Of a DNA stretch of 32,000 bases, positions 19,394 to 28,050 are shown piece after piece. This stretch comes from Mycobacterium tuberculosis H37Rv (lineage in GTDB: Bacteria; Actinomycetota; Actinomycetes; Mycobacteriales; Mycobacteriaceae), in NCBI RefSeq assembly GCF_000195955.2, contig NC_000962.3, positions 3,570,001 through 3,602,000 on the forward strand. Direction: 5' to 3'. The notes under the pieces are model-generated. The model worked only from the letters and a program-made list of their open reading frames with translations. It was not told the DNA's origin and made no database searches. Position 1 is the stretch's first letter; each line of letters starts with the position of its first letter. The translations under genes and the position numbers were made by a program.

Positions 19394-20617
19394 ATGGTTA
19401 AACCGGAGCGCCGCACCAAGACCGATATCGCGGCCGCCGCGACGATCGCGGTCGTGGTGGCCGTGGCCGCGTCGTTGATCTGGTGGACCAGCGACGCCCG
19501 CGCCACCATCAGCCGGCCGGCGGCGGTTGCGGTGCCCACCCCGGCCCCGGCTCGCGAGGTCCCGACCTCGCTGAAGCAGCTGTGGACCGCCGCCAGCCCA
19601 GCCACCCGCGTTCCCGTGGTGGTGGGCGGAACAGTGGCTACTGGCGACGGACGCCAGGTGGACGGGCGCGACCCAGCCACCGGTGAGTCGCTCTGGAGTT
19701 ACGCCCGAGACACCGATCTGTGTGGGGTGACCTGGGTCTACCACTACGCCGTCGCGGTCTATCGGTACGACCGGGGTTGCGGTCAGGTCAGCACCATCGA
19801 TGGATCCACCGGTCGCCGGGGAGCCGCCCGCAGCGGCTACGCGGATCCGCGGGTGCGTCTTTTTTCCGACGGCACCACGGTGTTGTCGGCCGGGGACACG
19901 CGCCTGGAACTGTGGCGTTCAGACATGGTCCGGATGCTGGCCTACGGCGAGATCGATGCCCGGGTGAAACCGTCGAACCGCGGCCTGCAGTCCGGGTGCA
20001 CGCTGGAGTCGGCGGCGGCCAGCTCGGCGGCCGTATCGGTGCTTGAAGCGTGTACGAACCAGGCTGACCTGCGGCTTGTGCTGTTACGCCCGGGCAAGGA
20101 GGACGACGAGCCCATCCAGCGCATTGTCCCGGAACCGGGGGTCCGGCCGGGTTCGGGCGCCCGGGTATTGGTGGTATCGCAGAACAACACCGCCGTGTAC
20201 CTGCCTGCAAGATCAGGCGCGCAACCGAGAGTCGACGTGATCGACGAGACCGGCGCCACAGTTTCGAGCACGCTGCTGGCCAAGCCACCGTCAACTTCGG
20301 CCGTGGCGTCGCGGACCGGCAACCTGGTGACCTGGTGGACGGGCGACGCGTTGTTGGTCTTCGACGCGGGCAACCTGACCCAGCGCTACACCATTGCCGC
20401 TGGCGAGACGACTGCGCCGGTGGGGCCAGGGGTGATGATGGCAGGTCAACTCCTGGTGCCGGTCACCGGCGGGATCGGTGTCTATGACCCGGTCAGCGGT
20501 GCCAACAACCGTTATATCCCGGTGACCCGGCCGCCAAGCACGTCAGCAGTGATCCCGGCAGTTTCTGGATCCAGGGTCATTGAGCAACGTGGCGACACAC
20601 TAGTCGCTCTGGGTTGA
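19394..20617 (+). CDS. Membrane-anchored PQQ-like beta-propeller protein (Rv3212)
   Basis: 407 aa; N-terminal TM IAAAATIAVVVAVAASLIWW; repeated beta-blade pattern (ATGESLWSYA, GNLVTWWTGDALLVFDAGN). Confidence 0.78.
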   Translation: MVKPERRTKTDIAAAATIAVVVAVAASLIWWTSDARATISRPAAVAVPTPAPAREVPTSLKQLWTAASPATRVPVVVGGTVATGDGRQVDGRDPATGESLWSYARDTDLCGVTWVYHYAVAVYRYDRGCGQVSTIDGSTGRRGAARSGYADPRVRLFSDGTTVLSAGDTRLELWRSDMVRMLAYGEIDARVKPSNRGLQSGCTLESAAASSAAVSVLEACTNQADLRLVLLRPGKEDDEPIQRIVPEPGVRPGSGARVLVVSQNNTAVYLPARSGAQPRVDVIDETGATVSSTLLAKPPSTSAVASRTGNLVTWWTGDALLVFDAGNLTQRYTIAAGETTAPVGPGVMMAGQLLVPVTGGIGVYDPVSGANNRYIPVTRPPSTSAVIPAVSGSRVIEQRGDTLVALG

Positions 20618-20630
20618 TCGCCTATGTTGG

Positions 20631-20691
20631 CGCGAGCAGACGCAAAATCGCCCGAAACCGATGGCTTTCGGGCGATTTTGCGTCTGTCGCG
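20631..20691. terminator. Long inverted repeat, candidate bidirectional terminator
   Basis: Perfect 21-bp stem CAGACGCAAAATCGCCCGAAA (20637-20657) / TTTCGGGCGATTTTGCGTCTG (20666-20686), extended 5 bp (CGCGA/TCGCG) past a bulged G; 8-nt loop. Confidence 0.82.
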
Positions 20692-21492
20692 CTACAGGTC
20701 CACCGTGAAGGTGGGCAGCGGCCTACCTGTCTTCCAGTGTTTGAGCAGCGCCTGCGCCAGCTCGCGGTAGGCCACCGCGCCTTTGTTCTTGCGCCCAGCC
20801 ATCACCGACGAGCCCGAGGCGCTGGCCTCAGCGAAGCGCACAGTACGGGGGATGGGCGGAGCCAGCACCTGTAGGTCGTAGCGGTCGGCGACATCGAGCA
20901 ACACGTCACGGGTGTGGGTGGTTCGAGAGTCGTACAGCGTCGGCAGTGCACCCAACAACCGCAGATTCGGATTGGTGATCTGCTGGACATCGGCGACCGT
21001 CCGCAGAAACTGGCCGACACCCCGGTGCGCCAGCATCTCGCACTGCAGCGGCACGATGGCCTTGTCGGCGGCCGTCAGCCCGTTGAGGGTGAGCACACCC
21101 AGCGACGGCGGACAGTCGATGATGACCACGTCGAACCGGTCGGAGAATTTGGCCAACGCGCGTTTGAGCGCGTACTCACGGCCTGCCCGCATCAGCAGCA
21201 TTGCCTCGGCGCCCGCCAAGTCAATGTTGGCCGGCAGCAACGTCATTCCCTCCATGGTGGTGACCAGCACGGCGTTGGGCTCGACTTCACCGAGCAACAC
21301 CTCGTGCACAGACACCGGTAGTTTGTCGGGATCTTGACCAAGGGAGAAGGTCAGACAACCTTGCGGATCCAGATCGACGAGCAGCACGCGCCGTCCCTTT
21401 TCCACCATCGCCGCACCGAGCGAGGCGACCGTAGTCGTCTTGGCCACCCCGCCCTTCTGGTTGGCCACCGCTAGCACCCGGGTATCAGTCAT
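20692..21492 (-). CDS. ParA/Soj-family ATPase (Rv3213c)
   Basis: 266 aa from MTDTRVLAVANQKGGVAKTTT (deviant Walker A KGGVAKTT); no adjacent parB. Confidence 0.9.
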   Translation of the reverse strand: MTDTRVLAVANQKGGVAKTTTVASLGAAMVEKGRRVLLVDLDPQGCLTFSLGQDPDKLPVSVHEVLLGEVEPNAVLVTTMEGMTLLPANIDLAGAEAMLLMRAGREYALKRALAKFSDRFDVVIIDCPPSLGVLTLNGLTAADKAIVPLQCEMLAHRGVGQFLRTVADVQQITNPNLRLLGALPTLYDSRTTHTRDVLLDVADRYDLQVLAPPIPRTVRFAEASASGSSVMAGRKNKGAVAYRELAQALLKHWKTGRPLPTFTVDL

Positions 21493-21645
21493 AGGCGCCG
21501 CTCTCCCCCGCAAGCGGCAGGGACCCCCACCTCATCGTGCTCTCCCTTCGTCGTCGCCCGCGCAGTCACAGTGTCATCCTGGCATGCTGCTCGCACAGTG
21601 GTTCGGGCGACAGGCCTAGGATGTCGTCGGGCACAATCTGTCGGT

Positions 21646-22257
21646 ATGGGCGTGCGCAACCACCGATTGCTACTGCTCCGCCACGGCGAGACCGCTTGGT
21701 CGACGCTGGGCCGGCACACCGGCGGTACCGAGGTCGAGCTGACCGATACCGGGCGAACGCAGGCAGAGCTGGCTGGTCAGCTGCTGGGTGAACTCGAACT
21801 TGACGACCCGATTGTCATCTGTAGCCCGCGTCGACGGACGTTGGATACTGCCAAGTTGGCCGGCCTGACGGTGAATGAGGTAACTGGGCTGCTCGCCGAA
21901 TGGGATTACGGTTCCTATGAGGGCCTTACGACGCCGCAGATCCGGGAATCCGAACCCGATTGGCTGGTGTGGACGCACGGCTGCCCAGCTGGAGAAAGCG
22001 TCGCACAGGTAAACGATCGCGCTGACAGCGCCGTCGCGCTGGCCCTGGAGCACATGTCCTCACGCGACGTGTTGTTTGTCAGCCATGGCCACTTCTCCCG
22101 CGCGGTGATCACGCGCTGGGTCCAGCTACCGCTCGCCGAAGGCAGCCGTTTCGCGATGCCCACCGCCTCGATCGGGATCTGCGGGTTCGAGCACGGCGTG
22201 CGTCAGCTCGCCGTGCTCGGGTTGACCGGTCATCCGCAGCCGATCGCAGCCGGGTGA
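21646..22257 (+). CDS. gpm2: Histidine phosphatase superfamily protein, Gpm2 (Rv3214)
   Basis: 203 aa; LLLLRHGETAWS and FVSHGHFSR catalytic motifs. Confidence 0.9.
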   Translation: MGVRNHRLLLLRHGETAWSTLGRHTGGTEVELTDTGRTQAELAGQLLGELELDDPIVICSPRRRTLDTAKLAGLTVNEVTGLLAEWDYGSYEGLTTPQIRESEPDWLVWTHGCPAGESVAQVNDRADSAVALALEHMSSRDVLFVSHGHFSRAVITRWVQLPLAEGSRFAMPTASIGICGFEHGVRQLAVLGLTGHPQPIAAG

Positions 22258-23372
22258 GCGCACACGTGGCAACCTTGCACCCAGAACCACCGTTCGCACT
22301 GTGCGGACCAAGAGGCACCCTGATTGCCCGCGGGGTGCGGACACGATACTGCGACGTGCGGGCCGCGCAAGCGGCACTTCGCTCAGGTACAGCACCAATA
22401 CTGTTGGGCGCGTTGCCTTTCGACGTGAGCAGACCCGCCGCATTGATGGTGCCGGATGGCGTGCTGCGGGCCCGGAAGCTGCCTGACTGGCCGACCGGCC
22501 CGCTGCCCAAGGTACGCGTCGCCGCCGCCCTTCCGCCACCTGCCGACTACCTGACCCGGATCGGCCGCGCACGGGATCTGCTGGCCGCCTTCGACGGCCC
22601 GTTGCACAAAGTGGTGCTCGCGCGCGCCGTGCAACTGACCGCCGATGCTCCGCTGGACGCGCGGGTACTGTTGCGCAGGTTGGTCGTCGCCGACCCGACC
22701 GCTTACGGCTATCTCGTCGACCTCACCTCTGCGGGCAACGACGACACCGGGGCAGCCCTGGTCGGCGCCAGCCCAGAGCTTCTGGTCGCACGATCCGGCA
22801 ATCGCGTCATGTGCAAGCCATTTGCCGGCTCAGCCCCACGCGCCGCCGACCCCAAACTCGACGCCGCCAACGCGGCCGCACTAGCCAGTTCGGCCAAGAA
22901 CCGACACGAACACCAATTGGTCGTCGACACGATGCGGGTAGCCCTAGAGCCACTATGCGAGGACCTGACAATCCCAGCCCAGCCCCAGTTGAACCGCACC
23001 GCAGCCGTTTGGCATCTGTGCACCGCGATCACCGGCCGGCTGCGCAACATCTCGACGACGGCAATCGATCTGGCTTTGGCGCTACATCCCACCCCGGCGG
23101 TTGGTGGGGTCCCGACAAAAGCTGCCACCGAGCTCATCGCCGAACTCGAGGGCGACCGTGGCTTCTACGCCGGCGCGGTTGGTTGGTGCGACGGCCGGGG
23201 CGACGGCCATTGGGTGGTGTCTATCCGGTGCGCGCAACTTTCGGCTGATCGACGCGCAGCCCTTGCGCACGCTGGCGGTGGCATCGTCGCCGAATCAGAC
23301 CCCGATGACGAACTTGAAGAAACCACAACGAAGTTCGCCACGATATTGACCGCACTGGGAGTTGAGCAGTGA
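22254..23372 (+). CDS. entC: Isochorismate synthase EntC (Rv3215)
   Basis: 372 aa; chorismate-binding domain (KVVLARAVQLTAD, HPTPAVGGVPT, FYAGAVGW); overlaps gpm2 stop by 4 nt. Confidence 0.88.
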   Translation: MSAHVATLHPEPPFALCGPRGTLIARGVRTRYCDVRAAQAALRSGTAPILLGALPFDVSRPAALMVPDGVLRARKLPDWPTGPLPKVRVAAALPPPADYLTRIGRARDLLAAFDGPLHKVVLARAVQLTADAPLDARVLLRRLVVADPTAYGYLVDLTSAGNDDTGAALVGASPELLVARSGNRVMCKPFAGSAPRAADPKLDAANAAALASSAKNRHEHQLVVDTMRVALEPLCEDLTIPAQPQLNRTAAVWHLCTAITGRLRNISTTAIDLALALHPTPAVGGVPTKAATELIAELEGDRGFYAGAVGWCDGRGDGHWVVSIRCAQLSADRRAALAHAGGGIVAESDPDDELEETTTKFATILTALGVEQ

Positions 23373-23852
23373 CCGATACCATCCGCCGCGCTACACCGGC
23401 GGATACCGCCGACATCGTGGCCATGATTCACGCGCTGGGCGGAATTCGAGTATGCCGCCGATCAATGCACTGTCACCGAAACACAAATACATACAGCACT
23501 TTTCGGAGATTTCCCGACGATGCGAGGCCACGTCGCTGAGGTTAATGGCGGAGTTGCCGCGATGGCGCTGTGGTTTCTGAACTTTTCCACCTGGGACGGC
23601 GTCGCGGGCATCTATGTGGAGGACTTGTTCGTCTGGCCGAGGTTTCGCCGCCGCGGCTTGGCCCGTGGCCTGCTGTCGACGCTGGCCAGAGAATGCGTCG
23701 ACAACCGCTACACGCGGTTGGCCTGGTCGGTGCTGAACTGGAATTCCGATGCAATCGCACTGTATGACCGCATCGGCGGGCAACCGCAGCACGAGTGGAC
23801 TATCTATCGACTGTCAGGACCGCGGTTGGCTGCGCTGGCCGCACCACGCTGA
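23369..23852 (+). pseudogene. GNAT acetyltransferase interrupted by a single-base insertion (Rv3216 locus)
   Basis: Frame 1 from GTG 23369: VTDTIRRATPADTADIVAMIHAL. After deleting one G of the GGG at 23437-23439, the reading continues AEFEYAADQCTVTETQIHTALFGDFPTMRGHVAEVNGG... into the 110 aa ORF (23520..23852, RFRRRGLARGLL). Confidence 0.85.
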
Positions 23853-24235
23853 TCACGCCCGGCGGCCCAGCGGATCGAAGGCGGACTGAACAGCAATACC
23901 AGCACGCCAAGCGCGATGATTCCCACCGGGATCCCGATCGCCGGCTGATGCGAACCCACAATCAGATACCACGCCACCGGCAGCAGCAGCAGCTGGGCGA
24001 ACACCGCCAGCCCGCGACCCCAAAGCTTGCCAACCGCCAGCCTGCATCCGGCGGCGAGCACTGCTCCGCCGACCAGTACGAACCAACCTGCGGTGCCCAG
24101 GCCATTGACGATGTGCTGGTCGGCGCCCGCGAGTCCGCGCACCAGCAACGCCGCGGCCACCACCAGGGCGGCCCCACCCTGCACGGCGACGATCAGTCCG
24201 GCGCCGCGCACGGCGGCCGGGGCTCGAACAGGCAC
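23804..24235 (-). CDS. Small conserved integral membrane protein (Rv3217c)
   Basis: 143 aa with several hydrophobic helices. Confidence 0.8.
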   Translation of the reverse strand: MPVRAPAAVRGAGLIVAVQGGAALVVAAALLVRGLAGADQHIVNGLGTAGWFVLVGGAVLAAGCRLAVGKLWGRGLAVFAQLLLLPVAWYLIVGSHQPAIGIPVGIIALGVLVLLFSPPSIRWAAGRDQRGAASAANRGPDSR

Positions 24236-24253
24236 AGCATCAGCGTAGTCACC

Positions 24254-24458
24254 CGGCCGTGACCGGCCCGCATCGTCACACCACCCAGGCCCATTGCCGT
24301 CCTCCTCAACGGGCCGACCCGGCCCGCATCGTCACACGGCCTAGGCCCATTGCCGTCCTCCTCAACGGGCCGACCCGGCCCGCATCGTCACACGGCCTAA
24401 GCCCATTGCCGTCCTCCTCAACGGGCCGACCCGGCCCGCATCGTCACACGGCCTAAGC
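24254..24458. repeat. Tandem 56-bp minisatellite, about 3.6 copies
   Basis: Units 24311-24366 and 24367-24422 (gggccgacccggcccgcatcgtcacacggcctaRgcccattgccgtcctcctcaac) differ at one base, with a diverged upstream copy (to 24310) and a partial downstream copy (24423-24458). Confidence 0.92.
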
Positions 24459-24467
24459 TCGTGCGTC

Positions 24468-25433
24468 ATGCGTGCAGTGCTGATCGTCAACCCCACTGCG
24501 ACCGCCACCACACCAGCCGGCCGCGACCTGCTGGCGCACGCCCTCGAAAGCCGCCTTCAGCTCACGGTTGAGCACACCAACCACCGCGGTCACGGGACCG
24601 AACTCGGACAGGCGGCGGTAGCCGACGGGGTGGACCTGGTCGTGGTGCATGGCGGCGATGGCACGGTAAGCGCCGTAGTCAACGGCATGCTGGGGCGCCC
24701 CGGCACGACGCCGGTCCGACCGGTGCCAGCCGTTGCGGTTGTGCCCGGCGGCTCGGCCAACGTACTAGCTCGCGCGCTAGGGATTTCCGCGGACCCGATC
24801 GCTGCCACCAACCAACTCATCCAGCTGCTCGACGACTACGGCCGCCACCAGCAGTGGCGCCGCATCGGGCTGATCGACTGCGGTGAGCGGTGGGCGGTGT
24901 TCAACGCCGGCATGGGCGTCGACGCCGAGGTCGTGGCCGCGGTAGAGGCCGAACGCGACAAAGGCGGCAAGGTTACGGCGTGGCGCTATATTCGCGCTGC
25001 GGTGCGCGCGGTGCTCGCCTGCACTCGTCGCGAACCGGCTCTTACGCTGCAACTTCCCAACCGCGATCCAATTACCGGAGTGCACTTTGTGTTCGTGTCC
25101 AACTCCAGTCCGTGGACTTACGCAAACAACCGGCCGGTATGGACCAATCCCGACTGCAGGTTCGAGTCGGGGCTGGGAGTGTTCGCCACCACCAGCATGA
25201 AGGTGGTCCCGACCCTGAGGGTGGTTCGGCAGATGTTCGCAAAACAGCCCAAGTTCGAGTTCAACCACGTCATCAACAACGACGACGTCGCGTGTCTACG
25301 CGTCACCTCCATGGGGCCCCCGATCGCCAGCCAATTCGACGGGGACTACCTCGGCGTGCGCGAGACGATGACGTTCCGAGCTGTTCCCGACGCCCTCGCC
25401 GTAGTTGCCCCGCCCGCAAGAAAGCGGATCTGA
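24468..25433 (+). CDS. Diacylglycerol kinase catalytic domain / lipid-kinase-like protein (Rv3218)
   Basis: 321 aa; LVVVHGGDGTVSAVVNGM and VVPGGSANVLARALG motifs. Confidence 0.88.
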   Translation: MRAVLIVNPTATATTPAGRDLLAHALESRLQLTVEHTNHRGHGTELGQAAVADGVDLVVVHGGDGTVSAVVNGMLGRPGTTPVRPVPAVAVVPGGSANVLARALGISADPIAATNQLIQLLDDYGRHQQWRRIGLIDCGERWAVFNAGMGVDAEVVAAVEAERDKGGKVTAWRYIRAAVRAVLACTRREPALTLQLPNRDPITGVHFVFVSNSSPWTYANNRPVWTNPDCRFESGLGVFATTSMKVVPTLRVVRQMFAKQPKFEFNHVINNDDVACLRVTSMGPPIASQFDGDYLGVRETMTFRAVPDALAVVAPPARKRI

Positions 25434-25536
25434 GCTGCAGAAACAAAGATGTGATGGGTGTGCGACACAAACGTTGGGCGAAACTGGCAGCGTAGTGTAG
25501 TACAACTGGGTAAGGGCTGTGGAACGAGATCGCCAG

Positions 25537-25552
25537 AGTGAGATAGCCCACG
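25537..25552 (+). promoter_or_regulatory. Candidate CRP (Rv3676)-type site in the whiB1 leader
   Basis: AGTGAGATAGCCCACG resembles the TGTGA-N6-TCACA consensus. Confidence 0.6.
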
Positions 25553-25712
25553 CGCTTACGTAACACTATTGACATCTGTTGAGCCTGTGAAACGATCAAA
25601 AGGTTGCATGTAGAGAAATGTAGGGGTACAGAAGCCTTTCTTGTGCACCCGTTACCAGCCAAGAAGAAACGCCTGTGCGTACCGCTGCGCACATAGTGAG
25701 GAGTAACGACTA

Positions 25713-25967
25713 ATGGATTGGCGCCACAAGGCGGTCTGTCGTGACGAGGATCCGGAACTGTTCTTCCCGGTAGGAAACAGTGGTCCGGCACTTGCGCAGA
25801 TCGCTGACGCGAAACTGGTCTGTAATCGGTGCCCGGTCACCACAGAGTGCCTCAGCTGGGCACTGAATACCGGCCAGGACTCGGGCGTCTGGGGAGGCAT
25901 GAGCGAAGACGAGCGGCGCGCGCTGAAGCGTCGCAACGCCCGCACGAAAGCCCGTACCGGGGTCTGA
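25713..25967 (+). CDS. whiB1: WhiB1 Fe-S transcriptional regulator (Rv3219)
   Basis: 84 aa; C...CxxCxxxxxC cluster ligands (AVCRDE, LVCNRCPVTTEC) and GVWGG turn. Confidence 0.96.
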   Translation: MDWRHKAVCRDEDPELFFPVGNSGPALAQIADAKLVCNRCPVTTECLSWALNTGQDSGVWGGMSEDERRALKRRNARTKARTGV

Positions 25968-25981
25968 CGACTCAGTTCTGC

Positions 25982-26017
25982 ACAGTGCGGCCCCGACATA
26001 CGTCGGGGCCGCACTGT
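25982..26017. terminator. Bidirectional hairpin between whiB1 and pdtaS
   Basis: Perfect 16-bp GC-rich stem ACAGTGCGGCCCCGAC / GTCGGGGCCGCACTGT with ATAC loop. Confidence 0.85.
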
Positions 26018-26028
26018 TGCGTAGCGCG

Positions 26029-27534
26029 CTACAGCATCAACCGTCCCCGGCGTCCGACCGGTACCCGTAGCACCACATCGGTGCCACGTTCGCGGGCGTC
26101 CCGCATACCTAACGAGCCGTCCAATTCCGCAGAGACCAAGGTCCGCACGATCTGCAGGCCCAGGCTGTCCGACTTCTCCAGGCTGAAACCTTGCGGCAGA
26201 CCAAGCCCGTCGTCGTGCACGACGACATCGAGCCAACGCGCAGAGCGTTCCGCTCGAATCGTCACGGACCCTTCCGCCGCCGCCGGGTCGAACGCATGCT
26301 CGATCGCGTTCTGCACCAGCTCGGTGATCACCATGATCAGCGCCGTGGCGCGGTCGGAGTCGAGCACACCGAGGTCGCCAACCCGATTTATCCGGATCGG
26401 CCTGTCCACCGATGCCACATCGTTCATGATCGGCAGAATCCGGTCGATGACCTCGTCAAGGTTCACCTGCTCGTCCACCGACATCGACAACGCATCGTGG
26501 ACCAAGGCAATCGACGACACTCGGCGCACCGACTCGATCAGCGCTTCCCGCCCCTCGGCGTTGGACGTCCGGCGAGCCTGCAGCCGCAACAGCGCGGCCA
26601 CCGTCTGCAGGTTGTTCTTAACCCGATGATGGATTTCCCGGATCGTGGCGTCCTTGGATATCAGGGCTCGGTCGCGCCGCTTCACCTCGGTCACGTCGCG
26701 GATCAATATCGCGGCGCCGACATTGCGACCAGCTACCACCAGCGGCAGAGTCCGCAGCAGCACCGTGGCGCCGCCGGCGTCGACCTCCATCCGCATACCC
26801 TTTCCATCCCCGGCCAGCAAGTCCTGCACATGCTCGTCTACCTCGTGCGCCTCGAACGGGTCCGAGATCAGCGGGCGCGTCGCGTCAATGAGATTGACGC
26901 CCTCCAACTCGGTGGTCAAACCCATTCGGTGGTAAGCCGATAGGGCATTGGGGCTGGCGTAAGAGACCACACCGTCGACATCGAGACGGATGAAGCCGTC
27001 ACCCGCGCGCGGGCTAGATCGCGACATCGCCACGTCCCCTGCGTCGGGAAAGGTGCCCTCCGCCAGCATCCGGAGAAGATCTGTGGCGCACAACCGATAG
27101 GCGGTCTCCAGGTGGCCGGATCTACGTCGCGCCGCCAGTTCGGGTTGATGCCGTGTCAGCACCGCCACCACCTGATCGCCAAAGCGCACCGGGGAGACTT
27201 CGACACTGTGGCCGTCGTGTTGACATGAATTCTGTTGGCCGACAGCGCCTTCCCGTCCCGGGACACCACCGGAGAAGGTCGCGGCGACCAGCGGCATGCT
27301 ATTGGCGGCGACGACGGTGCCTACCGCGTCGGTATGCACCACCGTCGGCCCGGTGTTCGGCCGGCATTGCGCAACGCACACCAGGACACCGTCGTCGCGG
27401 CGAACCCACATCAGGTAATCGGCAAACGACAAGTCGGCAAGGAGCTGCCACTCCCCGACCACCGCATGCAGGTGGTCCACCGCGCTGCCCGGCAGCACCG
27501 TGTGTTCGGCGAGCAGATCACCGAGTGTGGACAT
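26029..27534 (-). CDS. pdtaS: Two-component sensor histidine kinase PdtaS (Rv3220c)
   Basis: 501 aa; PAS region, H-box EIHHRVKNNLQTVAALLRLQ, ATPase DDGLGLP. Confidence 0.92.
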   Translation of the reverse strand: MSTLGDLLAEHTVLPGSAVDHLHAVVGEWQLLADLSFADYLMWVRRDDGVLVCVAQCRPNTGPTVVHTDAVGTVVAANSMPLVAATFSGGVPGREGAVGQQNSCQHDGHSVEVSPVRFGDQVVAVLTRHQPELAARRRSGHLETAYRLCATDLLRMLAEGTFPDAGDVAMSRSSPRAGDGFIRLDVDGVVSYASPNALSAYHRMGLTTELEGVNLIDATRPLISDPFEAHEVDEHVQDLLAGDGKGMRMEVDAGGATVLLRTLPLVVAGRNVGAAILIRDVTEVKRRDRALISKDATIREIHHRVKNNLQTVAALLRLQARRTSNAEGREALIESVRRVSSIALVHDALSMSVDEQVNLDEVIDRILPIMNDVASVDRPIRINRVGDLGVLDSDRATALIMVITELVQNAIEHAFDPAAAEGSVTIRAERSARWLDVVVHDDGLGLPQGFSLEKSDSLGLQIVRTLVSAELDGSLGMRDARERGTDVVLRVPVGRRGRLML

Positions 27535-27550
27535 GAGTGACTATCAACGA

Positions 27551-27766
27551 CTAGCTGATCACCGCGATAAGGTCGCCGGCCTGAATGACATCGCCCACCG
27601 ATACCGCCACCTTGCTGACCGTTCCGGCAGCTTCGGCCAGGACGGGGATCTCCATCTTCATCGACTCCAGCAGCACCACGACGTCGCCCTTGTCGATCTG
27701 ATCGCCTTCGTTGACAACGACTTCGAGAACGCTGGCCACGATCTCGGCGCGAACATCCTCGGCCAT
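27551..27766 (-). CDS. TB7.3: Biotinylated protein TB7.3 (biotin/lipoyl attachment domain) (Rv3221c)
   Basis: 71 aa from MAEDVRAEIV; biotinylation motif LLESMKMEIPV. Confidence 0.93.
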   Translation of the reverse strand: MAEDVRAEIVASVLEVVVNEGDQIDKGDVVVLLESMKMEIPVLAEAAGTVSKVAVSVGDVIQAGDLIAVIS

Positions 27767-27966
27767 CATCACCCCACTCTTTTCGGCCATGCCGTATGCT
27801 GACTGCTGGTCATCGGACTTCCATCAAACTCAGGTATATCGAACCATAAGAACCCTGGGGAGCGCGGCACGCGGGCTATTGGGGTCGCGCGCGACGCCGC
27901 ATGAGAAACTGGGCAATGACCGGGCGGCCGCTGCCTGCCCGCACCTGAGCAATGACGGAGGTTCCG

Positions 27967-28041
27967 ATGGCCAAGCGTGGCCGTAAGAAGCGTGACCGCA
28001 AGTACAGCAAGGCCAACCACGGCAAGCGGCCCAATTCCTAA
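27967..28041 (+). CDS. Ribosomal protein bL37 (24 aa, actinobacterial)
   Basis: ATG..TAA encodes MAKRGRKKRDRKYSKANHGKRPNS, preceded by a strong Shine-Dalgarno (ACGGAGG); not on the supplied ORF track. Confidence 0.88.
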   Translation: MAKRGRKKRDRKYSKANHGKRPNS

Positions 28042-28050
28042 CGCACTGCG

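Noticed and set aside
19238-19400. Apparent repeat-rich GC region at the rhlE 3' end
   Set aside because: It encodes the basic Arg-rich tail (RRRRRRRRRPTHAQ) typical of this helicase, not a repeat element.
24254-24458. Possible CRISPR array
   Set aside because: The 56-bp units are contiguous tandem copies with no unique spacers and no cas genes, so this is a minisatellite.
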